Of a stretch of DNA of 64,000 nt, positions 21,459 to 31,560 are shown piece by piece. The position numbers and the translations under genes are program-made. The DNA comes from Savitreella phatthalungensis. Its lineage: Eukaryota. The DNA lies in NCBI GenBank assembly GCA_051599415.1, contig AP039710.1, positions 62,001-126,000 on the forward strand, given 5' to 3'. The notes below the pieces were generated by a model. The model was not told the origin of the DNA and ran no database searches. It saw nothing but the letters and a program-made list of their open reading frames with translations. Each line of letters begins with the position of its first letter. The first letter of the stretch is position 1.

Positions 21459-23936
21459 CTACATAGACGCCATGGCGCTGTGCTGACCTGCCGAGAAAGT
21501 CAAAAACTGTTCTTCCCTGTCGGCAATCTCTGTGGCATCGTCCATACTGGTATCCCACCCAGACAATAAGTTGTGCTGCTCATCGTTGATCATCTCCGCA
21601 AGCGTCGGCGCCAGCTCCTCTGCGTCAAACATCCCCGACATGAGGGTCCCAGCCGCAGTCGTAGCAGGCTTGCCCCTGTACGTATAACCCTTAAAGACCA
21701 TTTGCTGTCGAATCTGCAACAGCTCTTGTCCGTGGCGCTTGTCCCGGAGCAAGATGTCCCTGGCACGCGCCTGTCGACCTGCAGCGTCACCGCCCAGCAC
21801 CTCGCTCTTCTCCATCGCCTCAAAGTATCTCGTGTCGAGATCGCCTCTAAGGAATGGCTTGAACGGTGGATTCTGCTTCCAGAGGGTATCCCAGCCCAGG
21901 CCCGAGAACCATGGATGCGTTTTGATGAGCTCCACATCCTCCACGATTATGCGTTCACGCACTCTTCCGCCGCTGCTCTTGTAGCCAGTCGTCTTGGTTC
22001 CAATCCGAGTCTCGGCCGGCGACATGAACGATCTCATCAGATCTTTCGCATCGCTCGACAATGCAGGTGTCCGCGGCAGATCAATCGGTGACCGAGCTCC
22101 AAGGATATTCGCCCTAGTCGTGACCTTGTCCTTGGCCTGAAACGGCGATCGACCGTACAGCATCTCGAATAGGATCACTCCCAGCGACCACCAGTCGCAG
22201 CTAAAGGTGTACCCCTTGCCAAGCAGCACCTCCGGCGCCATGTACGAGCACGTACCCACGACGGAGAAAGCCCTCGCCCTCCGCTGTGCCCCGCGCCACG
22301 TCATCTGATGGGTAGCTGGCATGATAGCCAGGTCATCAGGCGTCTGTCTGACCACGTAGGCCAAATCTCGTCGATGCTTTCGATCGAGAGTGTCACCGAC
22401 CTTACCATCATCGAGGACAACGCCAGTCCGTCGGAGCAACTCCGCTCGCTGTGCATCGAAAAAGTCCTCGTCATGGCCGACCTCCAAGTCGGTTGACAAT
22501 CCAAAATCACACAGCTTCATGTGTCCTGAGCGATCGATCAGGAAGTTGTCCGGCTTGACGTCTCTATGCATGTACCCGAGCTTGTGAGTCTCCTCGATCG
22601 CCATCACCATCTCACCGATATAGAAGCGAGTGAAATTTTCATCAAAGCGCCTCTGGTCGATGAGCAGCTGGAGGAGGTCGCCTCCTGCCATATACTCCAT
22701 CACGAGGTACAGGTGTTCGTCGTCCTGGAAGCTGGAAACGAGCCGGGCAATGTACCGAGAATCCTTGAGCGCCGCCTTCACGAGCACGTCACGTTCCGCC
22801 TTGACGTGGCCGGCCTGCGCCATCCTCAGCATCGCCACCTTGTCGATCCGCTTCATCGCCATCGTCTCCCCGGTCGACACCTTCTTCACGAGCGACACCA
22901 CACCGAAAGCGCCGGCGCCAAGCGTCTTGACCTTGATGAAATCTGCCGCCTTCATTGGTGTCCGCGAAAGTCGCAGTGTATCGCCACGCTTGTCAAACCC
23001 ACTGGCCATCGAACTCGCCGTCTTGTCAGCCACGTCACCCTGCTGGACGCGAGCGTAGACTTTTGCAAAGTGGTCTTCCAGATACGCTTTTGAGTTGGCG
23101 GCCTTCTCGACAGTGAAAATCGTCGGCTGCGGAGGTGGTGGCGGCTGTATCGTCGGGAGCGTTACGTGATCGGCGCTTTTTGTGGTCGTCGCCGTCGTTG
23201 GAGTATCCTCCTTGAAGCCCACGCGAGCTCGCCGCAGGCGGTACCTCCCTTTCCCCTCGCCTGAAGCAGCAGCAGCAGCAGCAGATGGGCCGAGCGGCCA
23301 CACCAGACGCCTTTGTCGTGGCGCCGGCGCGCCCGTAGCCGGCACGGACTGCTGAATACTATGGTACTGTGGCACAGGTCGCAAAATCAGTGTCTCCGTT
23401 CCCATGATCTCGACATTCTCAGCCTGCTCGGCCTTTTTCTTTCGATCCATGAGCAGTAAGTCCTGCTTGAGCGCCTTTGCTTTTCTCCGAGTCACTGGAC
23501 CACCGTTCTGCAGCTCCACCAAAGACATCTTGGCCAAGCTGGCCTCGAGCGCATCTGCAGCGTATCCCGCAGATACCTGCTCCGTCTTGCCCATGTTCGA
23601 TGCAACGCAGTCACCCTCTTGGCAGCACTTGTCCTTTTCTACCACCACTCCGACCTTCTCCTCCTCCCTCGTTGCACTCACATCCACAGCCACAAGGCCC
23701 AGATGATATAAGCACGCGTCGATCACACGCTTGATCACGCTTCGACCATCTTCTCGTGCGGCCTCTACGACCACCTCCTGCTCGTGACCTGCCTGTAGCT
23801 GATTCACGATCTGTTTACTCACCACCTGGCCTTCGAGCAGCGGTGCAGGTCCAGGCCAGGCGGCTAGAGCGGCCGCCAGCATCCTCGCGTTCGTGATCCG
23901 CGGCAGCCCAGAGCGCCCCTCATCGTCGCGCGCCAT
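21459..23936 (-). CDS. NDR/LATS-family AGC Ser/Thr kinase (divergent Cbk1/Orb6-like paralogue)
   Basis: Mob-binding-like TVEKAANSKAYLEDHF. Kinase motifs LGAGAFGVV, HVKAERDVL, HRDVKPDN, DFGLS with a long insert, SVVGTCSYMAPE and CDWWSLG. Hydrophobic motif FKGYTY. Confidence 0.9.
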   Translation of the reverse strand: MARDDEGRSGLPRITNARMLAAALAAWPGPAPLLEGQVVSKQIVNQLQAGHEQEVVVEAAREDGRSVIKRVIDACLYHLGLVAVDVSATREEEKVGVVVEKDKCCQEGDCVASNMGKTEQVSAGYAADALEASLAKMSLVELQNGGPVTRRKAKALKQDLLLMDRKKKAEQAENVEIMGTETLILRPVPQYHSIQQSVPATGAPAPRQRRLVWPLGPSAAAAAASGEGKGRYRLRRARVGFKEDTPTTATTTKSADHVTLPTIQPPPPPQPTIFTVEKAANSKAYLEDHFAKVYARVQQGDVADKTASSMASGFDKRGDTLRLSRTPMKAADFIKVKTLGAGAFGVVSLVKKVSTGETMAMKRIDKVAMLRMAQAGHVKAERDVLVKAALKDSRYIARLVSSFQDDEHLYLVMEYMAGGDLLQLLIDQRRFDENFTRFYIGEMVMAIEETHKLGYMHRDVKPDNFLIDRSGHMKLCDFGLSTDLEVGHDEDFFDAQRAELLRRTGVVLDDGKVGDTLDRKHRRDLAYVVRQTPDDLAIMPATHQMTWRGAQRRARAFSVVGTCSYMAPEVLLGKGYTFSCDWWSLGVILFEMLYGRSPFQAKDKVTTRANILGARSPIDLPRTPALSSDAKDLMRSFMSPAETRIGTKTTGYKSSGGRVRERIIVEDVELIKTHPWFSGLGWDTLWKQNPPFKPFLRGDLDTRYFEAMEKSEVLGGDAAGRQARARDILLRDKRHGQELLQIRQQMVFKGYTYRGKPATTAAGTLMSGMFDAEELAPTLAEMINDEQHNLLSGWDTSMDDATEIADREEQFLTFSAGQHSAMASM

Positions 23937-24366
23937 GTCCCCACGCAAGCACGCATACGCGCACGCGGCGTTCTATATAGGCGGCGGCGCATGCGGGGGC
24001 ATCGCCCGGTGTCACCAGCGCATCACATCACATCACGTCCGATCGTGACTAAAGTCCGTGCGCGCGTATCTTTTTTCTTTGTAATTATTAGGGCTTTGAG
24101 GACGTTGAATGCGGATACAATATACGAGACCCGTGCGTATGTGCGTGCGCTGTTGTGTGGCGAGAAGGCGGTGAAGATGCATGCCAGACGAACACGTGTG
24201 TGGGAGTCACAGGACGACAGCGGTCTCGATCTCGAGGCCTTCTGTGTGGCGATCATTTGCGCTTGAATATCCCGTTACAATGCCAATATCTACAGAGAAG
24301 TACAAAGGTGCTTGAGGGCACCGCGCATTGTGTGTCGACGCGTAAGTACATGGGATGTCGCGACGT

Positions 24367-25971
24367 CTACGGGTTGGTGACGTTGAGTGAGACGTTGTCG
24401 ACATAGAGGATAGCATCGATATTGCTAGTGCCGCTGCCCGGGCTAGTGCAAGCGAACATGAAAGCGAGCTCACCGGCGGTCTCGGTGGAAGGCGGGATGT
24501 CGAAGTTCCCTACCTTGTACCCGGACGGATAAACAGGGTTGGAAGGGTCCTGGATCGTGATCGCATCCTGGAAGCCTGCAAGACCATTCCAGGAAGCCGA
24601 GAACGAACATGTCAGAGTTCCCACACCAGAATCTGCGTAGAAGCCCCCCCAAGAGTATTGGAACTTGACACGACCGCCAATCGCGAGCAAGGGTGAGACA
24701 ATTTGCTGGAAGAGGGTCGCCGGTCCCACCCAGACTAGACCTTGGATAAACTCCATCCCAATGCAAATTTGGCCGTCCGCGGCTAATGTCGTATCGCTTG
24801 GGATAAAGCAGGAGTTCGAGTCCCACGGCGTCATGTAGGACCACGACTCCTCGAACGATGGGTTCTGCACCAGGTTCGTCATCAGAGGTCGAAGAACAGT
24901 TGTAGTTGTCGTGGAGGCGACCGTCTGAGTCGAGGTCGTGCTGGAGGTGACCAGTGTCGAAGCAGGAGCCACAAAACCGGAGATACTTGTAGACGTCGTA
25001 GGGACTGTGATAGTGGTCGGTAGAGTGACTGTGGTTACCTGAGTTGACGTGACGGTTGTCGTGGTGGTTGACAGGGCGACCTGCTGCGTCGTTTGGTCAT
25101 TGACGCTTTGCAAGATGACGGTGGATGTCGGTCGAGGTGCTGTGACGGTCTTCGACACGGTTATGGTGGATGTGGAGCAGCCTGTAAGGACTGAGGAGGG
25201 TGCACGTTTCTGTAAAACGCGTGAGGTTGCGACAACCACGATCGTTGTCAGGACAGTCTCTGTACTAGTGACGACAGTCGAATACGTAGCTGTGGATGTT
25301 GAGATCGGCGAAGGTACGACGACTGTTGCCACGCTCAAAAATGTGGAAGTACTGTATGCAGTGCTGCTGATGACGTCCTGCTTGACAGACGTCGCCGAGA
25401 CAACAGACGTCGTTGTCGAGGTCAGGACACGCGATGAAACGGCGGTGGCATACGCTATGCTGGCTGCCGGCGTGACTGTGAAGGTCGTGGTTGTTGTCAC
25501 CAGGACCGGTGTATACGTCGTCAGAGTGACGACCGAGAGGGATGCTGTAACGGTGGTGGCGGTCTGTGTAAGGCAGCTGCAGGCCTTCGATATCATACTG
25601 GTCCCTAGGGCTGTCAAGAACGTCGGACATGGTGCAGCAGGACTTCTGACAAACCCGCGCTTGCCCAAGTCGACGTCGCGCTTGCTAGCTTGTGGAGGAA
25701 CTGACGGAGCAGCGCAAATGCCCGCTACTCGAACGGTCGACGTCGGTCCAGGAACAGTCACGGTCTGCAAGCTCGCCTTGAGGTAGACATTGCAGAAGGC
25801 TTGAGCAGAGCTGACGGCTGTGCTCGGCAGGTTGTTGACGATGCCCTGGACAACACCACACTGATTCGCACCGGCAGCTGCGGCGATGCTACCAGCAGTG
25901 TCCAACCCAACAACCGCGGTGACACCGTACAGGAGCGCGACAGCTGCCTGGACTGACGACAGAAGCAGCAT
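24367..25971 (-). CDS. Secreted Cys-module / Thr-rich stalk / CBM-like head protein, tandem copy 1
   Basis: Signal peptide, AQAFCNVY...ISKACSCL module, three KR dibasic sites, Thr/Ser/Val stalk, C-terminal domain starting NLVQNPSFE and ending YVDNVSL. Clear paralogue of 26968-28629. Confidence 0.88.
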   Translation of the reverse strand: MLLLSSVQAAVALLYGVTAVVGLDTAGSIAAAAGANQCGVVQGIVNNLPSTAVSSAQAFCNVYLKASLQTVTVPGPTSTVRVAGICAAPSVPPQASKRDVDLGKRGFVRSPAAPCPTFLTALGTSMISKACSCLTQTATTVTASLSVVTLTTYTPVLVTTTTTFTVTPAASIAYATAVSSRVLTSTTTSVVSATSVKQDVISSTAYSTSTFLSVATVVVPSPISTSTATYSTVVTSTETVLTTIVVVATSRVLQKRAPSSVLTGCSTSTITVSKTVTAPRPTSTVILQSVNDQTTQQVALSTTTTTVTSTQVTTVTLPTTITVPTTSTSISGFVAPASTLVTSSTTSTQTVASTTTTTVLRPLMTNLVQNPSFEESWSYMTPWDSNSCFIPSDTTLAADGQICIGMEFIQGLVWVGPATLFQQIVSPLLAIGGRVKFQYSWGGFYADSGVGTLTCSFSASWNGLAGFQDAITIQDPSNPVYPSGYKVGNFDIPPSTETAGELAFMFACTSPGSGTSNIDAILYVDNVSLNVTNP

Positions 25972-26013
25972 GATGCGAGACTGGCATTTGCTTTAACTGA
26001 CGAAACGCTAGTC

Positions 26014-26019
26014 TTTATA
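26014..26019 (-). promoter_or_regulatory. TATA box of copy 1
   Basis: TATAAA within a 16-bp block (ACGCTAGTCTTTATAC on +) also present upstream of copy 2 at 28663-28678. Confidence 0.7.
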
Positions 26020-26034
26020 CAGATGGACTCGGCT

Positions 26035-26065
26035 TGCATGCGTGCGCGCGCGCGCGCGCGCGCGC
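26035..26065. repeat. Alternating purine-pyrimidine tract with perfect (GC)11; potential Z-DNA
   Basis: TGCATGCGT followed by 22 bp of alternating GC. Confidence 0.9.
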
Positions 26066-26967
26066 CTTGATGCTGACCATTGCGTCCGAGACTTCATCTG
26101 CTGCTGGCGAATCGGAGGAGAGACCAGACGGCCCCAAAGCCCTTTTCGGGAGGCGTGTGTTGCGGTGCAGCAAAGTAGTCATATTGCCGCCCAACAGCGA
26201 AAGGGCAACAGAGTCTAGTATCACCAGTCATCTTGCGCATACTCATAGATGAGCTTCCTGTCCCCTTTGAGACCTGTCACGCGACTGTGGCAGCTGCGTC
26301 TCCAATGACAGGCTGAGTTATGCCGCCTTGTGCTGTTTACACCCAAAAGTATCTATGCGCCTCAGATTGTAGGCCCAGTCTTATGGTACCGTGATAGTTA
26401 TGACAGTCAAGAGCTTGACGATCTTTGAAAAGTGTGCCGTCTAGGTCTAGGTCGTTACGAAGAGCTAGTACAGCTGTCACTCATTTTCTTGAATCTCCTA
26501 TACCGGGCATCGCGGGACCAACAAAGATGGGCTGTCTCAGAGTCATGCATGCACCCTGTTATCGACGTGCCGTTGCTGCATCGACCATATCTTCGTCACG
26601 CCTACATCACATCTCACATGACAGCCCGTGTGCGTCTCATCCTGTTCGGTTTCCTTGACGTCGTTCGAGACTTTCAGTGGGGTGCATCACACAGACCATC
26701 CGTACGTGCGCGTAGGCGTTGTGTGGCGAACCGCGTTTCCAGCTTGTGCGACACCACACGCCCGGTCTTTCACAGGCAAACACGTGTGCCAGGACGCCAG
26801 CAATCTGGTGATATCGTTGTGGCGACATCATGTCAGTTGTTCGTTACTATTCTATCTACAGAGAAGTACAAAAGGTCTTGTGAGTGCAAAACATGGTTGA
26901 GGAGACGCGTGCGTGCGTATGCAATGAGACGTCTCACGCCGCGTGAACGCACCAAATGCTCCAACAA

Positions 26968-28629
26968 TCACTGGTCGCTGACGGAAGGAAGGATGACACT
27001 AACTGAGGTGTCGTCGATTTCGAGGTCACCATAGACAGATGACGACAGACTAGAGCAGGTGAACTTGAAAGCGAGCGTTCCGGAAACATCATTCGACGGT
27101 GGGATGTCAAAGGCTCCGTGATTCCACTGAGGGAATTTGCCACTCGAGAAATAAGTTGTGCCATAAGATTCAGTGATAGTGGTTGTGTTGGTGAAGGCGG
27201 CATTGTCTTTCCAGCCGGCTATCAAGGTGCATGCCACCGGATTCTTTGGCGGTATGTAAGCATTAAGTGAGTCGCCAATGTAGCTGAATTTCCATTGGAA
27301 CGTGACGTGTGCACCGTTCGCGAGATAGGGTGAATCGATCTCTTGGTAGAGAATCGCGTTATCTTGGATGTAAGCTTTGTCTTTCCGGACGAAAAGCGAA
27401 ACATACTGAACGCCGTCCGCCGCTTCCTCACTATCGCGATACCAACCAGTGAGGTTGAACTTCCAATCAGTCAAGCCTGGGTGCGACTCGAACGACGGAT
27501 TCTTCACTAAATTCGTCCTGAGTGGTTGCTGAATGGTCGTCGAAGTTGTCGTAGAGGATACAGTCAGGGTCGAAATTGACTTAAATGTGATCAGTGTCGA
27601 CTCGGATGCCACGTAGCCGGAGATGCTCGTAGACGTCGTTGGTATCGTGACTGTAGTCGGCCGGGTTATCGTGGTCAGCAAGGTCGAGGTGATGGTGGTT
27701 GTAGTTGTAGAGACATCGATCTGCTGCGTCGTTCGGTCGTTCACACTTTGTACGGGGATGGTAGTCGTTGGTGTGGCGGCTGTAACTGTCGTTGACACCG
27801 TCAAGGTGGAGGTATAGCAGCCTGTGAGCACCGAGGATGGGACTGCACGTTTCTGGAGAAGGCGCGAGGTCGTCACGATCACCACCGTGGTCAGCTCAGT
27901 CTCAGTACTCGTGACGACGGTAGTGTATGTCTCTGTGGACGTCGCAGTCGGCGAAGGTATGACGACCGTGGCAATGTCCAAAGTCGTCGCTGTACTGTAT
28001 TCTGTGTTGCTGATTACAGTCTCGCTGATCGATGTCGCCGAGACGACAGAGGTCATTGTTGACGTCAGAATACGCGACGAGACAGCTGTAGAATACGCTG
28101 TGTTTGCCGACGGTGTGACTGTGAAGGTCTTTGTGGTTGTCGCCACGACCGGGGTATATGTGGTCAGAGTAAAAGTTGACGTCGGTGCCGTCACCGTGGT
28201 GATTGTTTGTGTGAGGCAGCTGCAGGCCTTTGAAAGGATGCTCGTACCAAGCGCTGTAAGGAACGTCGGGGCGGGTGCAGCAGGACTTCTGACAAAGCCG
28301 CGTTTGGCTATGTCCACATCGCGTTTGCTGACCTGTGGTGTGCTCGACGGCACACCGGGCACTGAAGGAGCAGCGCAGATACCTGCTACGCGAACGGTCG
28401 TGGTTGGTCCAGGAAGAAGCACCGTCTGCATCTTTGCCGTCACGTAGACATTGCAGAAGGCCTGAGCAGAGCTCATAGCCGTCTTCGGCAGATTGCTCAC
28501 AATGCCCTGAACGAGGTTGCATTGCTTTGCATTCACAGCAGCGGCAATACTACCAGCTGTGTCCAGTCCAGTGACCGCTGTCACACTGTACAAGAGTGCC
28601 ACGACCGCCTGCACAGACAGCAGCAGCAT
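26968..28629 (-). CDS. Secreted Cys-module / Thr-rich stalk / CBM-like head protein, tandem copy 2
   Basis: Same architecture as copy 1 and colinear with it. Head domain NLVKNPSFE...IDDTSV. Confidence 0.88.
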   Translation of the reverse strand: MLLLSVQAVVALLYSVTAVTGLDTAGSIAAAVNAKQCNLVQGIVSNLPKTAMSSAQAFCNVYVTAKMQTVLLPGPTTTVRVAGICAAPSVPGVPSSTPQVSKRDVDIAKRGFVRSPAAPAPTFLTALGTSILSKACSCLTQTITTVTAPTSTFTLTTYTPVVATTTKTFTVTPSANTAYSTAVSSRILTSTMTSVVSATSISETVISNTEYSTATTLDIATVVIPSPTATSTETYTTVVTSTETELTTVVIVTTSRLLQKRAVPSSVLTGCYTSTLTVSTTVTAATPTTTIPVQSVNDRTTQQIDVSTTTTTITSTLLTTITRPTTVTIPTTSTSISGYVASESTLITFKSISTLTVSSTTTSTTIQQPLRTNLVKNPSFESHPGLTDWKFNLTGWYRDSEEAADGVQYVSLFVRKDKAYIQDNAILYQEIDSPYLANGAHVTFQWKFSYIGDSLNAYIPPKNPVACTLIAGWKDNAAFTNTTTITESYGTTYFSSGKFPQWNHGAFDIPPSNDVSGTLAFKFTCSSLSSSVYGDLEIDDTSVSVILPSVSDQ

Positions 28630-28671
28630 GATGAGCGAACGGTGAATACCATGCTTGGCGATACGCTAGTC

Positions 28672-28677
28672 TTTATA
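28672..28677 (-). promoter_or_regulatory. TATA box of copy 2
   Basis: TATAAA in the same conserved 16-bp block as in copy 1. Confidence 0.7.
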
Positions 28678-29477
28678 CCGATCGAAGCGATGCACTTCTG
28701 TAAGCTCACCGTCATCACAAACGCGTTCCAGACTGCACCGACTGTTGCCGTGTCGAACAAGGGACCATACGACTGCATTGCCATCTTCAAGAGACATGAC
28801 TGCCGCTTCAGGAAGAGTCAATATAACCTCCGAGTCCCAACGTAATCGGCAAGAGAGTGTAGAAAGCTGTCGCCGGCCATTTTGTCGTGCTGAAGAATAA
28901 CCTTCAATGGGCTTTTTAATTTACCGTCATCTCGGGTCCTGTCAGTCTCCAATGAGGGAGTAGCTTTAGTAGGATTGGCCAGGCGGCTCAAGGTATGAGA
29001 CCAAGGCCTTCGATATCCTTCCCTATTTACGACTGGCGAGAGCCTAAGGGTTCCTACCCTGTGTGCGATGATTCGAACGAATGTGACCCGATGGGGCTTA
29101 CAGGTCTGATGACCGCGTGCCGTCTAGGCCTTTCTAGGGATCTGTCACAGCTGTTGCTCATCATTGTGAGGTACCATTAGGCGCGTAGCGTGATTTGCCA
29201 TAGCACCACGGCTTCCAGCTCATGCACTTCCATCACACTCGGGCGGCATCGCTGCTATTGTTCCGACTAGTGCTGCTAGTGTTCACGTTGCTGTACCGTT
29301 GAGATTTGATTCTTTGAAGTTGGTATGCTAGGGAATAGGGATCTTCCCCTGAATCGATCGCTCAGACCCGCAGCTTATGGTCCTCAGTCGAGGCTGATGG
29401 CCGAAGGAGCACTTGCTCAAGGTCATATTCTCCAATGGGGCGCGTGTGTACATCAAGAAAGCCGCTCATCTCCCACC

Positions 29478-31232
29478 CTACGCCCGTACCCTGCCATCAG
29501 CCCGCCTGCGTTGCTGCTGCACCTGCCGCGTATGATCTGCTCCAGCTGGCGTAGGTTGACTCACCTTCTCTTCGTCGACAGGACCGGTGGCAGCGAGGAC
29601 TGCTGCTTTAGCGTTGGCCTGAGCAGCTGCCGTGTAGGACCTGACTTTAGAGAAGTAGTATGACTTGTCGTGCTTCAGATTGAACTCGGTCTCTTGTCCA
29701 GAGTGCGGGTGTACGCCCAGGAACCTGCGCCAGGCGAGCTTGTTCTGCCTGCCTCTGGAAGACGACTTGACCTGGAGGGTGATAAAGAACAGATAGTCTT
29801 GAGGTCCGCGGGTATCGATGCTGATGGTGCCACCTGCTCTGTCCATTTGCCAGGTGCCACGCTGGATGCCCTTGACTTTAGATCCGAGGTCGACATCGTG
29901 GACGACGTCCTTTGGCTCCGCGGTCGTGAGGAGCGTGAGTACTGCTCCATCAGAATAGAAACGAATGTAACGGAAGTAGGTGATGAGGTGGATCGGTGAA
30001 GACCATGAAAGCGAGTTGTCACGGGTTCCAGGACGGGTGTAGTGACAGGTGGCGATATAAATACCATCATACCTCACTCGCGGCTTATCGCAGAACATCC
30101 GCTGCCAGTCGTCGTAGTAGTGCACCTTGCACTCCTGCTCGAGATCCTGTACGTACGCCGCCAATGCATCCTGGTTGCCCTCGTCCAGACGCCGTCCGTT
30201 GTCGCTGTACACCTGCCACCAGTACGTATCAACACACAGCTCTCGCCATATCAGCGGGTCCCGCGTGACGAGGAACAGCTTCTGACACGTCATGCTCAGA
30301 GACGTGTACCCGGCGCCTGCCGTCGACAGTAGCACGTATCTAGCGATCCTGTGCAGGACTTCTTCCGGCAGATTTGCAATCGTCGCTGTTTTCTCTGTCG
30401 ATTCTTCTGCTTCTCCACCTTCGTCAACTCCAGCTTGGACTTCGACAGGCATCCTGAGCTGTGACATCATGGCGATCATCGCGTCCAGCTCGGGTGTCAT
30501 CTTGTGCGGCCTTTTTCCAGCGTCGTAGTCAGGGGTCGTCTGGACGAACTTTGCATACCCGGTATCCTCGAGCGCTAGTGCTCGAGACGTCGGTGTGCCA
30601 TCGCCGGCATTGTCAGCTGTCTTACCGGCTCTGTAAGCTTCCCTGAACAACCTGTCCACCGATGCATCCTTCTTGAACGCCAGCCTATAGTGCGTGAGGG
30701 CGTCACTGAGCGCACCTTGTCGCTCACGCAGGACTCCTCGCTCGTACAGCTCGAGTGCTGACATATTACGCAGCTTGTCTTCAGGTGACGCGTCCGCAGG
30801 GACCCCATTCGAGACGTCCCTGGGCTTCGTTTCGACGTGCGTACTTGACGCGCTGCCGTGACGTGATCTGACAGGCTGACGAGCACGCTCGCCGTCCTCT
30901 GACTCATCGTCAGCATCGTCAGAAGACAGATGAGAGTCTTGTGACCTCGTGCGCGAGCTTCTGCGAGGACGTGGCGAGGGTCGTCGCCTTGATTCCGCAG
31001 CTGTACCACTAAGAGACGCTTGTGTGCCGCGAGTGACAGTAGGTGAAGGAGTTCTTCGACGTACTACAGCGTTGGAAGAGTCATTGCGCCGCACTGAAGC
31101 ATCAGTCGGAGCAGGAGGACCCATAGAAGGCGTTTGTAAGTCTTGTTCATGTCTTCCAGATGAGGGCGCCTGGTTCTGACGCTGTAGATCTCGTCGCCAG
31201 TTGGATCTAAACCTCTCTAGCTCATCCTCCAT
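29478..31232 (-). CDS. HRT3: F-box protein Hrt3/Pof7/FBXO9 family
   Basis: ELERFR..W, ALELYERGV.RE.QG.L.DAL..YR.AF, F-box LPEEVL..I, PRVRYDG.YIATCHY.RPG, HLITYFRYIRFY.DG, NKLAW and YYFSKV. ATG at 31232. Confidence 0.9.
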   Translation of the reverse strand: MEDELERFRSNWRRDLQRQNQAPSSGRHEQDLQTPSMGPPAPTDASVRRNDSSNAVVRRRTPSPTVTRGTQASLSGTAAESRRRPSPRPRRSSRTRSQDSHLSSDDADDESEDGERARQPVRSRHGSASSTHVETKPRDVSNGVPADASPEDKLRNMSALELYERGVLRERQGALSDALTHYRLAFKKDASVDRLFREAYRAGKTADNAGDGTPTSRALALEDTGYAKFVQTTPDYDAGKRPHKMTPELDAMIAMMSQLRMPVEVQAGVDEGGEAEESTEKTATIANLPEEVLHRIARYVLLSTAGAGYTSLSMTCQKLFLVTRDPLIWRELCVDTYWWQVYSDNGRRLDEGNQDALAAYVQDLEQECKVHYYDDWQRMFCDKPRVRYDGIYIATCHYTRPGTRDNSLSWSSPIHLITYFRYIRFYSDGAVLTLLTTAEPKDVVHDVDLGSKVKGIQRGTWQMDRAGGTISIDTRGPQDYLFFITLQVKSSSRGRQNKLAWRRFLGVHPHSGQETEFNLKHDKSYYFSKVRSYTAAAQANAKAAVLAATGPVDEEKVSQPTPAGADHTRQVQQQRRRADGRVRA

Positions 31233-31560
31233 CTTGTAAAGTATCTTCTCGTCGTAATAGATCTTAGATACCTGGTATTTTGACTTCAGCAGAGGTGTGT
31301 GAAGGAGGAAGATGGAAGAGGATGTCGTCGAGTTAAGTGTAACATGACGTAGATCACGTGTATTTTGAAATGGGGTGCTATTAATAGTACCAGCCACCTA
31401 TCCCCGCACTTCAACGACAACATCAACTCCCCTTCCTCCTCTACTCTGTCGCTTTCATCCTTCTTCTCGTCCTCGTCGGTCGTTCCTCTCTCTCTCACTC
31501 TCTTGATACGCTGTCTATTATCCCTATCGTCGTCTAGACCGCTTTCTTATCTTCTCCAAG

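Noticed and set aside
24287..24306. ACAGAGAAG resembling the U6 ACAGAGA box (also at 26853)
   Set aside because: No other U6 sequence; explained by the tandem duplication.
25049..25786. Long antisense Val/Thr-rich ORFs (also 27824-28447 and many other shadow ORFs)
   Set aside because: Mirror frames of real genes produced by codon bias; no independent protein motifs.
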